NCBI RefSeq assembly: GCF_006345805.1 | Contig: NC_043017.1 | Span: forward strand, 26,350,001-26,414,000 | DNA: 64,000 nucleotides | Direction of reading: 5' to 3' | From: Octopus sinensis | Taxonomy: Eukaryota | Notes under the pieces: generated by a model | What the model saw: only the letters and a program-made list of their open reading frames with translations | Database searches by the model: none | Told to the model about the DNA's origin: nothing | Translations under genes and position numbers: made by a program | In this document: positions 15,044 through 29,048 of the stretch, one piece after another | How the letters are laid out: each line of letters begins with the position of its first letter | Numbering within the stretch: the stretch's first letter is position 1

Positions 15044-15669
15044 CCATATCCATATATACGTACATATTGCATATGAATACACTTAATCTTCATAAAATAT
15101 TGAAAATCCCATTAAGTATTGTCACAGATTACATATCACATTTCAATACCTTTGTTTAAGGAATATTTTTCCGAAAAGCATTACTTTTGTTATATGAATA
15201 GCAGATACCAAAAGTACCTATGTATTCACATTGTCTACAGAACTATATACGACTGCATATTTTATTATTAATATAAATAAATAATAAAAATCCCTATAAC
15301 CAAAGTAAAACATTATAGACTATCGCCAAAGTCACATACTCAGTAAATACATATCAAGGAATTATGCATATTTATCTAATTATGGTTGATTTATACGCCA
15401 CCGTTAGTGCTACTACAGTAAAGTGTAGATATTCGTAATTTGATAAAGACTGATATATGTTTTTTACACTGCCATACGATGCAGCATTATCTCCATATTT
15501 AACTCTTGGGTACGATAGTTCCGACTTTTATTTGTACATTAAAATATATATATAAAACTGCGAACAATTTGATTGTGTCCCTGAGTATCAAATATCGACT
15601 CACGTTGTCACTAAGCAGGAGGTGAGTCTATGGTTTTCCAAATTAGTAGCGCTTTGCAGAGTAGATATT

Positions 15670-15986
15670 TCTTTACTCTTTTACTCTTTTACTTCTATCA
15701 GTCATTTGACTGTGGCCATGCTGGAGCACCGCCTTTAGTTGAGCATATCGACCCCAGAAATATATTCTTTGTAAGCGTAGTACTTATTCTGTCGGTCTCT
15801 TTTGCAGAACTGATAAGTTACGTGGACATGAACATACCAGCATCGGTTGTCAAGTGATGTTGTAGGTGGGGGGACAAACACAGACACACAAACATACACA
15901 CAGGTGCATGTATACATATATAAACGGTATTCTTTCAGTTTCCCGGAACCATGACATTAGTAAGCAAGCTACCACACAGCCACTTC
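15670..15986 (-). mobile_element. Family B SINE, internally deleted
   Basis: Reverse-complement tail (TTTTACTCTTTTAC...GCTGGAGCACCGCC) plus shortened head. Confidence 0.85.
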
Positions 15987-16000
15987 TCTTTCTCTCTCTC

Positions 16001-16388
16001 TCATTTACTCTTTTCATTGTTTCCCTCATCTAACAGCGGCCATGCTAGAGCACCGCCTTTAGTCGAACAGATCGTCCCCAGAGCTTATTCTTTGTAAGCC
16101 TAGTACTTATTCCATCTGTCTCTTGTACCGAGCCGCTATGTTATCGAGACATAAACACACCAGAATCGGTTGTCAAGCAATGTTTGGGGGACAGACAGAT
16201 ACAAACACACACATATACATATATATATATACGACGGGCTTCTTTCAGTTTCCGTCTACCAAATCCACGTACAAGGCTTTGGTCGGCCTGAAGCTATAGT
16301 AGAAGACAGTTGCCCAAGGTACCGCGCAGTGTGGCTGAACCTGGAACCATGTGGTTAGTAAGCAAGTATACCTACCACGCAGCCACTT
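16001..16388 (-). mobile_element. Family B SINE
   Basis: Reverse-complement tail, microsatellite and head, in tandem with the previous copy. Confidence 0.88.
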
Positions 16389-17087
16389 CTATTCTTCTAT
16401 ACTTTTCTTTCTTTGATAATTCGGACGACCTTTCAGATCTATGCTTGTATGATTAAATCAAACATCTGTTATGATTTTTCTGCCCAGGAAAGCATCCATT
16501 GATGACATTCTATGAAGATATTTTACACAGTGTTAACCTCCATCTTTCTGTTTTGCAATGAGAATATAACTAGGTTAATATCCTTGCAGTATGTAGTAGA
16601 TGCATTAAATATTTTTTGTACATTTTATGAAATATTTGCATTTCCTTAAACATGTTAATTAACCTCATTCATAAAAGCTTATGATGTTTTGTTACCTGGC
16701 GGTGACTGTCTTCATCGCTACTTTATGTCAATTCCCATTTGTTATAACACACACACACACAAGCACGGAGACACACGTTCACCGATATACGCACACATAT
16801 AATATATACTATATAGCGTCACATAGCACATGCATACGCATAGATATATATATTAAAAGGCATGAACAAGAAATATAAGAGAACAGAAGGGGAACGAGTT
16901 GCATCGAACGTCACATTAGCTTAATGTCCAAGTGAAAAGAATGATTCTTAATCGGATACAATTCTTTCATTATATTTGTGTCTGTATGTGTGTCTGTGTT
17001 TTTCTGTGTGTTCGTGTTTGCCGGTGTTCCTGCCTGTCTTTTCGCGTTTCCGTATACACATACACTTATACATACGTATACATATAT

Positions 17088-17157
<70 letters not shown>

Positions 17158-17477
17158 TATTATATATTAAATATTATATATATATATTATATATATATTA
17201 TATAATATATATATATATAAATACAAAATGGGATAAGAACGCAAAACATCCAATTAGACGATACAAAATAACTCGGACGGGTCATTCGAAGTCTTTAATC
17301 TTCAGTCAAGAACCGGATCATCCCCGAAATTCCGGCTGATTAATCTTCAGATTACTCCAATCTGGCCAGCCCCAAGTAAAATCTCATCTAAAAGCATTAG
17401 GTTCCTTGGAAAAAAGATCGAATGTATACGAAACAATGAAGGAAAAATGGACGATGTTACAAGAATATAAATACAGA

Positions 17478-17486
17478 AATAATACA

Positions 17487-17544
<58 letters not shown>

Positions 17545-17587
17545 TTAATAATTATAATTATAATAATAATTATAATAATAATAATAA
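17478..17587. repeat. (AAT)n microsatellite
   Basis: Directly visible. Confidence 0.95.
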
Positions 17588-18069
17588 CAGGACATAACAA
17601 CAGGCGTCTTTCGACTGGTGAGGAATTTTTGTTCCCTTATACATATATATCCTTGTTTAAAAACATTTTTTTCTTGCCAGGTGTCTGCGCGCGCGTGTTT
17701 GTGAGTGTATGTGCGTGGGCTTGTCGGTTTACCTTTATAAGATTCAATGGCAGCTTCTCAAAATTTTTTGAGGACTTCTTAAATCTCCTGCTCTATAGAC
17801 CCGCTTGGATGTAACATCAGATAATCCCACCGAAAGACAACTAAAATGGTGTCATAAATGTTTTTGCCTATTCGTACGTAACGATAGTGTCTGAGGAATT
17901 TTGTAAGTGATGATCTAGTCCAGGGTTTCCACAAATGACTTATAGGCATCGTAGAATGACAAAGGACACAAAACCGTATATTATGTGGTAGGATAGCATA
18001 ATCTAGAATTGAAGCGATATACATTTTATAATACAACATACATATTATTATGTATATATGTATATATCT

Positions 18070-18113
18070 ACATCTATCTATCTAGCTATCTATCTTCTAT
18101 CTATCTATCTATC

Positions 18114-18183
<70 letters not shown>

Positions 18184-18219
18184 ATATCTAACCTATCTAT
18201 CTATCTATCTTTCAATCTA

Positions 18220-18258
<39 letters not shown>

Positions 18259-18303
18259 ATATATATATATATGTATATATATGTATATATATATATATAT
18301 TAT

Positions 18304-18356
<53 letters not shown>
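18070..18356. repeat. (TCTA)n then (TA)n microsatellite
   Basis: Directly visible; a second (TCTA)n block lies at about 18710-18810. Confidence 0.95.
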
Positions 18357-18358
<2 letters not shown>

Positions 18359-18717
18359 GAATGTCAGGAGATATAAAATGACACATAAGCAGGAGCTACG
18401 TACGATAACACATAGAACAGGAGCTATGCAAACTGACACATAAACATCTATCCACATTCACACATACACATACTCGAGCATAGACATATACACACATGCA
18501 CCGAAATATATAACAAAAAACAAGAGGGAATATACAGGAAGTCAGAAGCTATGAGATTAATCTATCTATTCCATTAGTTGATAGACGTAAGATGACATTC
18601 GCTTCTCAGCCAGGAAAGTATTCTACGTTAGCGTAAGATAAATTATTTACATGTCTTCACTAGTTTGTTTCCATATTTTACAAGCTAAAAGCAGGTGTGG
18701 AAAGCCAGCTCTGTCTG

Positions 18718-18769
<52 letters not shown>

Positions 18770-19077
18770 ATCTATCTATCTATCTATCTATTTATCTATC
18801 TATCTCTCTCTCTCTTCTCTCCTCTCTATATATTATATAATATATATATATATAATATATAATTTTAAAAATAATAATGATAATGATAATAATAATAATA
18901 ATGTATAGTAAAATATATAATAATATTAATAATATAATAATTTGACCGCATTTCATTGACATATATATTTTATATATTATACAATTTATAATATATATTT
19001 CTATTATATATATATATATATATATAGTATATATTATTTATATTATATCATATATATATTATATATTTATATACTTG

Positions 19078-19115
<38 letters not shown>

Positions 19116-19165
19116 ATATGTTATTTATATTATATCATATATATATTATATATTTATATACATTG

Positions 19166-19211
<46 letters not shown>

Positions 19212-19500
19212 TATATATGTTAATTATATTATATTATATCTATATTATATTATATTTTTATATACATTATATATATATTATCGGTATATATATGACATGT
19301 ATATGTATCAATATGTTTGTAGGTATATATATATAAATGCGTATGTGTATGTGTGAGTGTATGCCGAAGTGGACAAAAATTTAGCGTATGACACAAGTTA
19401 TTCTTAAGTTGTTATATTTCGAGTTTCATTTTCTTCTGCATACTGTTAATATTTTATTGCAATAGCTGCAACTTTAAGACTGCAGCTGCAACTTCATCAC

Positions 19501-19681
19501 CTTTAGAGAAAATGTGGATTTCTGCTCTCTAGAAAAAGATAAATTTGCTTTCATCTGTTGGACAATCATTTGCGGCCGAATTCGGCTGTATTGATCTCCA
19601 CTGCAGGAAAGGCCATATTGAAGAAGCATTCGATTATCATTTACATTGTCAATGGTGTTCCAGTTGATATTTGGGTTTATG
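19501..19681 (-). other. Candidate exon (weak)
   Basis: 181-nt stop-free frame INPNINWNTIDNVNDNRMLLQYGLSCSGDQYSRIRPQMIVQQMKANLSFSREQKSTFSLK between TAAG| and AAG|GTGATG. Confidence 0.25.
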
Positions 19682-19745
19682 CTTAAAACTCTACCAGGAA
19701 TTTGGTTTGATTAAGACGCACTTCTTTAACAAATATATATATATA

Positions 19746-20105
19746 TGTACCAACCACATGGTTCCGGGTTCAGTCCCAATGCATGGCACCTTGGGCAAGT
19801 GTCTTCTACAATAGCCTCTGGCCGACCAAAGCCTTGTGAATGAATTTGGTAGGCGGAAACTGAAAACAGCCCGTGGTATATATGTATATACATATGTGTA
19901 GGTCTGGGTTTGCCCCATCAACATCGCTTGACAACCGATGCTGGTGTGTTTACGTCCCCGTATCTTAGCGGTTCTTTAAAAGAGACCGATAGAATATATA
20001 CTAGGCTTAGAAAGAATAAGTCCTGGGGGTCGATTTCCTCGACTAAAGGCGGTGCTCCAGCATGGCCGCAGTGAAATGGCTGCAACATGTAAAAGAGTAA
20101 AAGAG
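19746..20105 (+). mobile_element. Family B SINE, 5'-truncated
   Basis: Starts at ACCAACCACATGGTTCCGGG; complete tail. Confidence 0.88.
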
Positions 20106-20587
20106 AATAATCAAAATATGAATGATAATAAAGTTTCCAGCAAGTTTAACCTATATAGGTAAAAAATAGAAATAAAATATACGAATAAAATATACAAATA
20201 AATTAGGGTACCGGATTACAGCTTGAAATAAAGTGAGGTTACACTTCAAAACCAAAAATTTTTCACTATTAGAAAACATGCTCGGTATATGCAATGAATA
20301 TAATTTAATCAGACCTTACCTTGTATAAACCACAAAGCAAGAAGATGTATTTTGGTATCAATCGATTCCACCTTGTGAACGTTGGTACTTAAGGATGGTC
20401 AGCCAAAATATTGTATTCGGTTAGCTTGCAAACTATTGATCTCAATACATCGTGCGCGCTTGTTCATGTGAATGCCCCTGCGACATTAAAAAACGAACAT
20501 AAAGTAATTTAGTACAATATCAATTAAAATTATTACACACACACCATACATACATACATACATACATAACATACATATATATATATA

Positions 20588-20774
20588 AGGGTATGTGAGG
20601 GACACCACCGTGCCTAAATGGCAGTCAAATCCCTGACTCTAAGAACCACCTTAAATGTTCATATCGCACCATGAGATAAGACTTATCTCATTGTGCGATG
20701 TGAAAATTTAAGGTGGTTTTTAGAGTCAGGGATTTGACTGCTATTTCGGCATGGTGGTGCCTCTCAGATGCCCT
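20588..20774. mobile_element. Palindromic MITE with TA flanks (Tc1/mariner-like)
   Basis: Arms AGGGTATGTGAG...GAGATAAG / CTTATCTC...CTCAGATGCCCT with a 2-nt centre; TA on both sides. Confidence 0.85.
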
Positions 20775-21317
20775 TATTTATAGTTGTAAAAAAGTATTAC
20801 CTTTGTATGGTATTCATTCTCATGCTAGCCACTTGATAATATCGATATCTAAATATCGATATTATCCTTATTTATAAATATATATATATATATATGCACA
20901 TACACACGTATGTATATAGCTGCGAGTGCATTTATGTATTTAGCCTTCAACTGGCGTGGATGACAATATGAGTGTATACACCATTATGACCATCTGAAAA
21001 TAGTAAATAGCTATGACATAAAACTTTCATAGAAATAAATTAAAGAACACTGATTTGCAATATATTTTATAAGGATTCCATTTTCTGAATGTAATTAGAA
21101 ACAGGATTTAAAAAAAAGCTAAATAAGTTAAAAAAACTATAATAAAATTCGAGTGACTTTCCGATTGTTTATAAATAGTTAATTTATATTAAATTACATC
21201 CTAAATTTAAGAAGGAGATTGACATCCGTGTGAAGACTTTTCATTGCTATAAAATAGAATTAGTTACGTTTTAATAGATCTGTGAATTCATGCTTTTCTC
21301 TGTCAAGTTGATGCAAA

Positions 21318-21395
21318 TGTATGTATGTATGTATGTATGTATGTATGTATGTATGTATGTATGTATGTATGTACGTATGTATGTATGTACGTATG

Positions 21396-21429
<34 letters not shown>

Positions 21430-21432
21430 TGT
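21318..21432. repeat. (TATG)n microsatellite
   Basis: Directly visible. Confidence 0.95.
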
Positions 21433-21440
21433 ATGTATAT

Positions 21441-21680
21441 ATGTCAGGTCACTTTCGAGTGCTACTGGTAACATGTAACCCAGTACAACCTGTTGCATGG
21501 TCGTGCTGTCGGCGACTAAACCGGCAACCCCACCAAGCTTGCTTGGTGGGGAGGGTGTTTATTGGACACTCTGCGGGGTGAAAAACAAAACCCGTCAAAG
21601 GGCGGAGGAACTCTTGAGAGTCAACGGCCATCCAATAAATGTCTTAAGGCTGTATCATGCGGTGGGGGGGACATAGAAAT
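21441..21680 (+). mobile_element. Probable 5' UTR fragment of an RTE-type LINE
   Basis: GC-rich island with GTCG..CGACTAAA motif, an 11-bp hairpin at 21528-21551, and GAACTCTTGAGAGTCAACGGC, which resemble RTE 5' ends as I recall them; not verified. Confidence 0.45.
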
Positions 21681-21929
21681 AATCGGATCATTGAATGACA
21701 TTTGAAGTTTCGCCGTATACTTATTTCTGGGTTTCGATATAAACTTTCAAAACTATTGTTTTATACTTTCTACTAATACCTACTTAATATTTGCCCTTGA
21801 GGCAAACAGAGACAAAACACAGTGTTATTCTCTTTCAGTTACATTGCTAATAATTTATTCATATTCGAGTACACAATATATATATATGAATGTGTGCGTA
21901 TGTATATACATTCACATACATATATGTAT

Positions 21930-21967
<38 letters not shown>

Positions 21968-21972
<5 letters not shown>

Positions 21973-22156
21973 GTTGTATACTGTCAATCTAACAAGAACG
22001 TGACAGTAGGGGGTACACCACCGTGTATAGCCCTAGGAAGCATCGAACGCCTCCTGATAGCTTTGACAGGAGGCGTTCGATGCTTCCTAGTGCTATACAG
22101 CGGTGGTGTACCCTCTACTGTCACGTTCTTTTTAGATTGACAGTATACAACCATTC
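21968..22156. mobile_element. Palindromic MITE with TA flanks
   Basis: GAATGGTTGTATACTGTCAATCTAA...CGCCTCCTG / CAGGAGGCG...TTAGATTGACAGTATACAACCATTC; near-perfect arms. Confidence 0.9.
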
Positions 22157-22454
22157 TATCGCCCCACCACCGTACATGTCTCTACGAGAGATTTAGAAAT
22201 TCAATATTTCTTATATATATATATTTTTATATATATGTATGTATATGTTGACTACATAAAAATAACAACTATTCGTAAAAAAATATCTTCCCAGTATGAC
22301 TCACGACTTCAAAGATATACGTTATACACAGTTATAACAGACTCAAATAATATATATTTGTGAATAGTGTCGGTTCTTTTATTTTTCGTATACATAATGG
22401 TGTTATTTAGAAGGATATTTTTTTAGCTGCAAAGAACATATTTGCGAGACAGGC

Positions 22455-22492
22455 ATTATTATTATTGTTATAATTATTATTGTTGTTGTATC

Positions 22493-22554
<62 letters not shown>

Positions 22555-22583
22555 TATTATTATTATTATTATTACTATTACTC

Positions 22584-22622
<39 letters not shown>

Positions 22623-22871
22623 TATTATTATTATTATCATTATTATTATTATCATTATCATTATTATTATTATTATATTATTATCATATTTTAATCATTA
22701 TTATTATTATTATATTATTATTATTATTATTATCATTATTACTATTATTGTCATTATTATTATCATCATTATTATTCGTGTTTTTCTTGTTCTTATCAAT
22801 ATCAGTATAATACAAATAATTATTATTATTAAGAATGACATAATAATAATAAAATTAATAATGATAATAAC

Positions 22872-22914
<43 letters not shown>

Positions 22915-22938
22915 CCATTGTTAATATTATTATTTTTA

Positions 22939-22997
<59 letters not shown>
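22455..22997. repeat. (TAT)n array with an inverted (ATA)n block
   Basis: Directly visible; source of the poly-Y/I/L ORFs. Confidence 0.95.
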
Positions 22998-23510
22998 GTT
23001 ACGTGCCTGTCTTCTACGTGTTCGTGATATACTTAACCCAAATTCAAGAGAGTTATCAATTTTTATCAAATTTTTTTTTTACCGATAACGTGATAAATGT
23101 GTATAGTTATATCGATAGTAAAAATATTTCTTTGAAGTTATACTATTGTAAAAGGAAAAGGGTAGACAACAAGTATATCATGGTTCTGTGCTTTTTTTAT
23201 ATAATTTGGTTTGAGTGATAACATTCCATACAGTAATAACTATGACGTTTCCCAGACGGATATCTTGAATATTATTCACACTTTACGAAATAAAATTTCT
23301 AGATATTTCATATATTCTTTGACCATTGCACATTATATGGCATATATGTTAAGCAAAATATTCTTGACACACGAACAACAAAGGCTTAATCTACAACTGC
23401 TTGCCGAAATGTTTAGACCTGTCAGTAGACATTATGTTCGCCTGTAATTCAAAATGCATGTAAAAACATGGGTGACGGTTAATTGGAAAGTGTGAAGTTT
23501 TAATGTGCGA

Positions 23511-23546
<36 letters not shown>

Positions 23547-23584
23547 TCTTATCTCCTCTTTCTCTCACTCTCACCATCTCTGTT

Positions 23585-23616
<32 letters not shown>

Positions 23617-23740
23617 CGTACAATATATATATATATACACATATATAATAACATATATATATATATATTATATATATCTATATTATATATACAATATATA
23701 TATATATAACATATATATAATATATATAGATTATATATAC

Positions 23741-23793
<53 letters not shown>

Positions 23794-23800
23794 ATATATA

Positions 23801-23842
<42 letters not shown>

Positions 23843-23849
23843 TGTATAT

Positions 23850-24066
23850 ATGTTTGTGTGTCTGTGTTTGTCCCTCTTGCATTGCTTGACAACCAATGCT
23901 GGTGCGTTACGTCCCCTCACTTAGCGGTTCGGCAAAAGAGACAAATAGAATAAGTACTGGGCTTACAAAGAATACGTCCCGGGGCCAATTCGCTCGACTA
24001 AAGGCCGTGCTCCAGCATGGCCGCAGTCAAATGACTGAAACAAGTAAAACAGTAAAAGAGTAAAGA
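23850..24066 (+). mobile_element. Family B SINE 3' half
   Basis: Begins after a ~300-bp TA tract at TGTGTCTGTGTTTGTCCC; complete tail. Confidence 0.88.
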
Positions 24067-24144
24067 GGGTGTATATAAATATATTATATATATCTATATA
24101 TATACATATATATTATATATATAAACACACATGTATATATATAT

Positions 24145-24194
<50 letters not shown>

Positions 24195-25744
24195 CTTATA
24201 AGAGGGATCGCATCCATTATGCTAGAAGTAGATCTGGCATGGTCTTACTACTAAGAAAGGAATGTTCTCAAGTTATTTAGAAAACGCCGGAACGTAAGCG
24301 AGCATCACAAATGAAAAGAAAAAAAATATATATTAATCATAACTCAATTTCGCTATTGCCACTTACGTAATTATTTACGTAATTATCCGTAGATCATCAG
24401 TATGATCGTCTTTGCAAATATAATTTGAACAACTATACACGGACGTCCGCATGAGATTCAACATGTATACAGCACGTGTCCATTGTGTAGTCTTTACACA
24501 TACTACCATATAAGATAATTTCCCTCCCTAGTCACAAACATATTTCAGCTAAGCTAAAGCTCAGCTATTCCTAGTCATATCTTGGCGTTGGTTTTGCTGC
24601 TATATATGTCTGTGTGTGCGTGTGTTACCGGATGCACTTGTTTATATATTCATACATTTGAATGTATGTATGTACGTATGTATGTATATGTATTCATGTT
24701 GTTGATGTCATCAGCGTTCATAACGCTTCAAGAGAACGGGAACCTAGTAATTCTGTTTTGGATTTAGATTTTGAAGTACGTAACAGCTATAAAAAATAGC
24801 ACGTGAATATTGGTGTGTATACGTACGTATATTTTTACGTACATTGGACGAAGCCATATTTCCTATGGTGAGCGCAGCGGATTCTGAGGAAATTCTTAAA
24901 ATTGGAACAAAGCCGTATACACGTACAATAGACTAATTACCATCTGGTTCAGCCCACCTTTTAAACAAAGTATTTGTAAAAGAAAAGTATTAAGCAAACT
25001 AGAAACTTTCACAAACAAAAGGCAGGTGACAAACGAAAGTTAATATTATACAACATTCAATAACAGCATTGTACAATTATATCAGTGGTTGTATACTAGA
25101 TGAAACGAAACGCACCCTAAACTCTGACGGTCATATCTCGCAAATCCCTCTCTAAAATCTATAGAATTGCAACAAATAAGAGCTTTACTTGTTACGTGAT
25201 AACTGCATGTTGTCCTATGCGTTTTATTTACGCATCTCCGCTTCTAACCGCTTCCACAATAACGCAAAATGTTTTCCGAAACTTTCCATACTGTTTCATA
25301 TAATGTATATGCTGTATCTTTCGTACAACCCTTAACATGAAAAGTTTACGTCTATCACTGACTAAAGAAAATTCAATCTAGAAGCTACACAAATATTGTG
25401 ATAATGCTATTTCATTCTTAATACCTTATAAGTTACTGATAGCTTAATCTTTCATGAACACATATGTGATTCACCTCAGAACAAAATGTTAATCAACAAA
25501 GACTCGAATTACGTGCTATATTTTATTATTGCAGCAAATAATTTCTCTTGTTCTTCAGCTTCTATTATATGTGGCACTTTCCTTCACTCTTAGGGCGCTA
25601 CATACCCGTTAATTCACTTTGCTATAGGTTTATATCCCATCCCATTTACATCTAATAATCTAACATGTCTACAGAATATACTCCGATATCTGTCTTCGCT
25701 TTATAGAATATTGCCTCACAAACTACCAATATTTTTATTCCTAA

Positions 25745-26057
25745 CTGGCACTATGACCCGGCAACGTCGGGTCATAGTGCTAAAGCATGCATATACAGCT
25801 GCATGCGTGCCCACATACACGAGAGTAGTGTCCAAATCTCCGAGCAATCACATACAGCTAGCTGGCATTCAATTAGCGTATCAAGTTTCGGGCACTTCTA
25901 TTGATTTTTTTAATGGCTTTGCTGGGGAAATGTAAAGATGTGCACGACCAACCTTGGACGGTTTTGAATGACCATAGAAAGTGCGAGACTTCTAACTGAA
26001 AAATTGTGGATTTATATAAAGGAAACGCACACAGACATTTTGCCGTTTATATATAGA
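25745..26057 (-). mobile_element. Non-autonomous Helitron
   Basis: Minus-strand 5' TCTATATATAAACGG; 3' 13-bp hairpin (25748-25780) ending CCAG|T (consensus CTAG|T). Confidence 0.75.
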
Positions 26058-26202
26058 GTGATACATTTAGCGGGAGGGAGAAGAGTGGAAGTAGTAATAC
26101 AGGTGCCGAGCCGTAACGTCGCCGATAAAACATTCAACAATATGTGAATAAGTTCAACTTCCGTCAATGCGGTGAACTTACTTTTTTCATACGTCCAGTA
26201 CC

Positions 26203-26432
26203 TATTTCTCTATTACAAGGGGCTAAACACAGAGGCTACAAACAAGGTCAGACAAACGGATCAAGTCGATTATATCGACTCCAGTGCGTAACTGGTACTT
26301 ATTTTATCGACCTCAAATGAATGAAAGACGAAGTCGACGTCGGCGGAATTTGAACACAGAACGTAGCGGCAGACGAAATACCGCTAAGCATTTCGCCCGG
26401 CGTGCTAATGTTTCTGACAGCTCGCCGCCTCG
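26203..26432 (-). mobile_element. Family C SINE monomer with 14-bp TSD
   Basis: TSD ATACGTCCAGTACC at 26189-26202 and 26433-26446. Confidence 0.93.
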
Positions 26433-26624
26433 ATACGTCCAGTACCGTTGACATAACCGGTCAGTTAATTGCCAGGAAAAAGAAACCGAAACCGTATATC
26501 TTCAACAGTTATTAAGCGTGTTCATGTATAAAATTAATAATATCGTGAATTTTATAGGTCGGATGTGGTTTGCACTGATAGAATCTCTACAGGATCAGTA
26601 CCGAAAAGTACAGAAACTCTACAG

Positions 26625-27048
26625 AAAAGTTGGAGAGCTGGCAGAATCGTTAGCACAGTGGGCGAAATGCTTAGCGATATTTCGTCAGTCATTACGTTCT
26701 GAGTTCAGTTCAAATTCTGCTGAGGTCGACTTTGCCTTTCATCTTTTCGGGGTCGATAAACAACGTACCAGTTACGCACTGGCGTCGATCTAATCGACTT
26801 AATCCGTTTCTCTGTCTTTCTTTGTCCCCTCTGTGTTAAGCCCCTTGTGATTATTAAAGAAATAGGTATTTCGTCTGCCATTACGTTCTGAGTTCAATTT
26901 TGCCGAGGTCGACTTTGCCTTTCAACCTTACGGGATCGATAAATAAAGTACCAGTTATGCTCTTAGGTCGATATAATCCACTTAATCTCTGCGTTTGTCC
27001 TTGATTGTCCCCTCTATGTTTTGCCCCATGTGGGCAATAAAGAAATAT
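26625..27048 (+). mobile_element. Family C SINE dimer
   Basis: One head and two bodies joined at GAAATAGGTATTTCGTC; GAATCTCTACAG at 27049-27060 recurs upstream at 26581 (exact) and 26613 (1 mismatch). Confidence 0.88.
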
Positions 27049-27837
27049 GAATCTCTACAGCAACAGTTAAAGATATTGCAGTAACTAATTCCAGTCCTCT
27101 TCTTACTCTGGCTATATCCTTCATCAGTGAAAATTGCAGACTCTCGACACCATAAAATACCAGTTAAATACCAGCAGAGATTTAGTAGAGTGTACAACCA
27201 GACGCAAACACATGTACGTACGTATTTTAAGAACTCATTCAATATGTTAAACTACTCCGCTATCTTTTCTGTTTAAATTTCGAAATTCATAACGTAGATT
27301 AAGATGTTTTCTCTGTTGCTATTTATCAAAATATTTCAAATTCACCAGTTATTTGCTTTATTTCTGCTGCTTTTACATACAGTTATATAAATCTTATTTT
27401 TAATATAACTATTGACACATTCATGAGGTGTGATTATTGATCTATATAGTAGCTGTGTCGCTGCTACTTGATTATATTAATAACTTTTGTTAAATGCCTA
27501 CACTTCTGAAAATATTTGCTTTACATAATATTTCAATGTTTCAAGCTATTTCCTTTTATTTTTCAGATGACAGATTTCTGTTTTCAATGATTTGTCTTCC
27601 ATATGTTTCAGTAGATTTAAACAGCGACCATCAGTCTCTATACAATTTTCATTTATTCCCCAAAATCTATATGCACTAACCATCGAGTTGGTTGGTGGGA
27701 AAATATAACTATGGATTTAGACATACACTTACAATTTTGAGTCTTGTCAGATATTATACATTTATCATCTCATCCACTCAAACGGTCGATGATGAATATT
27801 GAAGACAAATAAGAAAATTTAATACACATTATATACA

Positions 27838-28066
27838 TAGGCGCAGGAGTGGCTGTGTGGTAAGTAGTTTGCTAACCAACCACATGGTTCCGGGTTCAGT
27901 CCCACTGCGTGGCATCTTGGGTAAGTGTCTTCTGCTATAGCCCCGTGAGTGGATTTGGTAGACGGAAACTGAAAGAAGCCTGCCGTATATATATGTATAT
28001 ATATATGTATGTGTGTGTATGTGTTTGTGTGTCTGTGTTTGTCCCCCTAGCATTGCTTGACAACAG
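27838..28066 (+). mobile_element. Family B SINE, 3'-truncated
   Basis: Full head, ends at GCTTGACAAC. Confidence 0.88.
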
Positions 28067-28174
28067 ATAGTGTGTCGTATAACCAGCTACAAACGATGTT
28101 TCTTGCGGCTAAAACAACAGTAATATCGTCCTATTCAGGACAGCTAATATATGTCGGCAAATAGCATTTACTTT

Positions 28175-28227
<53 letters not shown>

Positions 28228-28455
28228 TGCTAATATATGATCTACGTTGGACGTTCCTATAATCACCGAACCTGGAGCTTAACTTATGTCTATCCACAGC
28301 ACTTACTCAGCATTACCCAACACCTTTGTGTCTTATTCACACCATTACCTCTCATACCTTATTTATATATATGAGAAATGTGTCCTCCTGAGGCTAAAAA
28401 CTACAGTAGCATCCACCCTTAGGGGTAGCCATATTGAAATGGCAAATATACGTCA

Positions 28456-28511
<56 letters not shown>

Positions 28512-28533
28512 CTATATATATATATATCTATAT

Positions 28534-28688
<155 letters not shown>

Positions 28689-28689
28689 A

Positions 28690-29007
28690 AGGCGCGTGGC
28701 TTAGTGGTTAGGGCACTCGACTGACGATTTACGGTCGTGAGTTCGATTCCCGGCGATGCGTTGTGCCCTTGAGCAAGACACTTCATTTCACGTTGCTCCA
28801 GTCCATTCAGCTGGCAAAAATGAGTGGTACCTGTATTTCAAAGGGCCAGCCTTGTCACACACTGGGTCACGCTGAATCTCCCTGACAACTACGTTAAGGG
28901 TACTGGTGTCTGTGGATTGCTTAGCCACTTGCCCGTAAATTCCACGAGCAAGCTGCTCCGTTGATCGTATCAGCTGGGACCCTCGTCGTCGTAACCGACG
29001 GAGTGCT

Positions 29008-29008
<1 letters not shown>
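28690..29008 (+). mobile_element. Family D SINE (different tRNA head and CORE-like box, family A tail)
   Basis: GGCGCGTGGCTTAGTGG...GAGTTCGATTCCC, CCTTGAGCAAGACACTT, then CCTGTATTTCAAAGGGCCAGCCTTGTCAC...GTAACCGACGGAGTGCT as in 13717-14096. Confidence 0.88.

Positions 29009-29048
<40 letters not shown>

Noticed and set aside
17222-17400. Two CTGAAGA cores on the minus strand next to (TA)n
   Set aside because: Could not fold a convincing stem II plus GAAA (GAAT/GGAA instead). Possibly a decayed PLE terminus, but not supportable as a ribozyme.
27080-27135. Minus-strand CTGATGAAGG
   Set aside because: No downstream stem II closure or GAAA.
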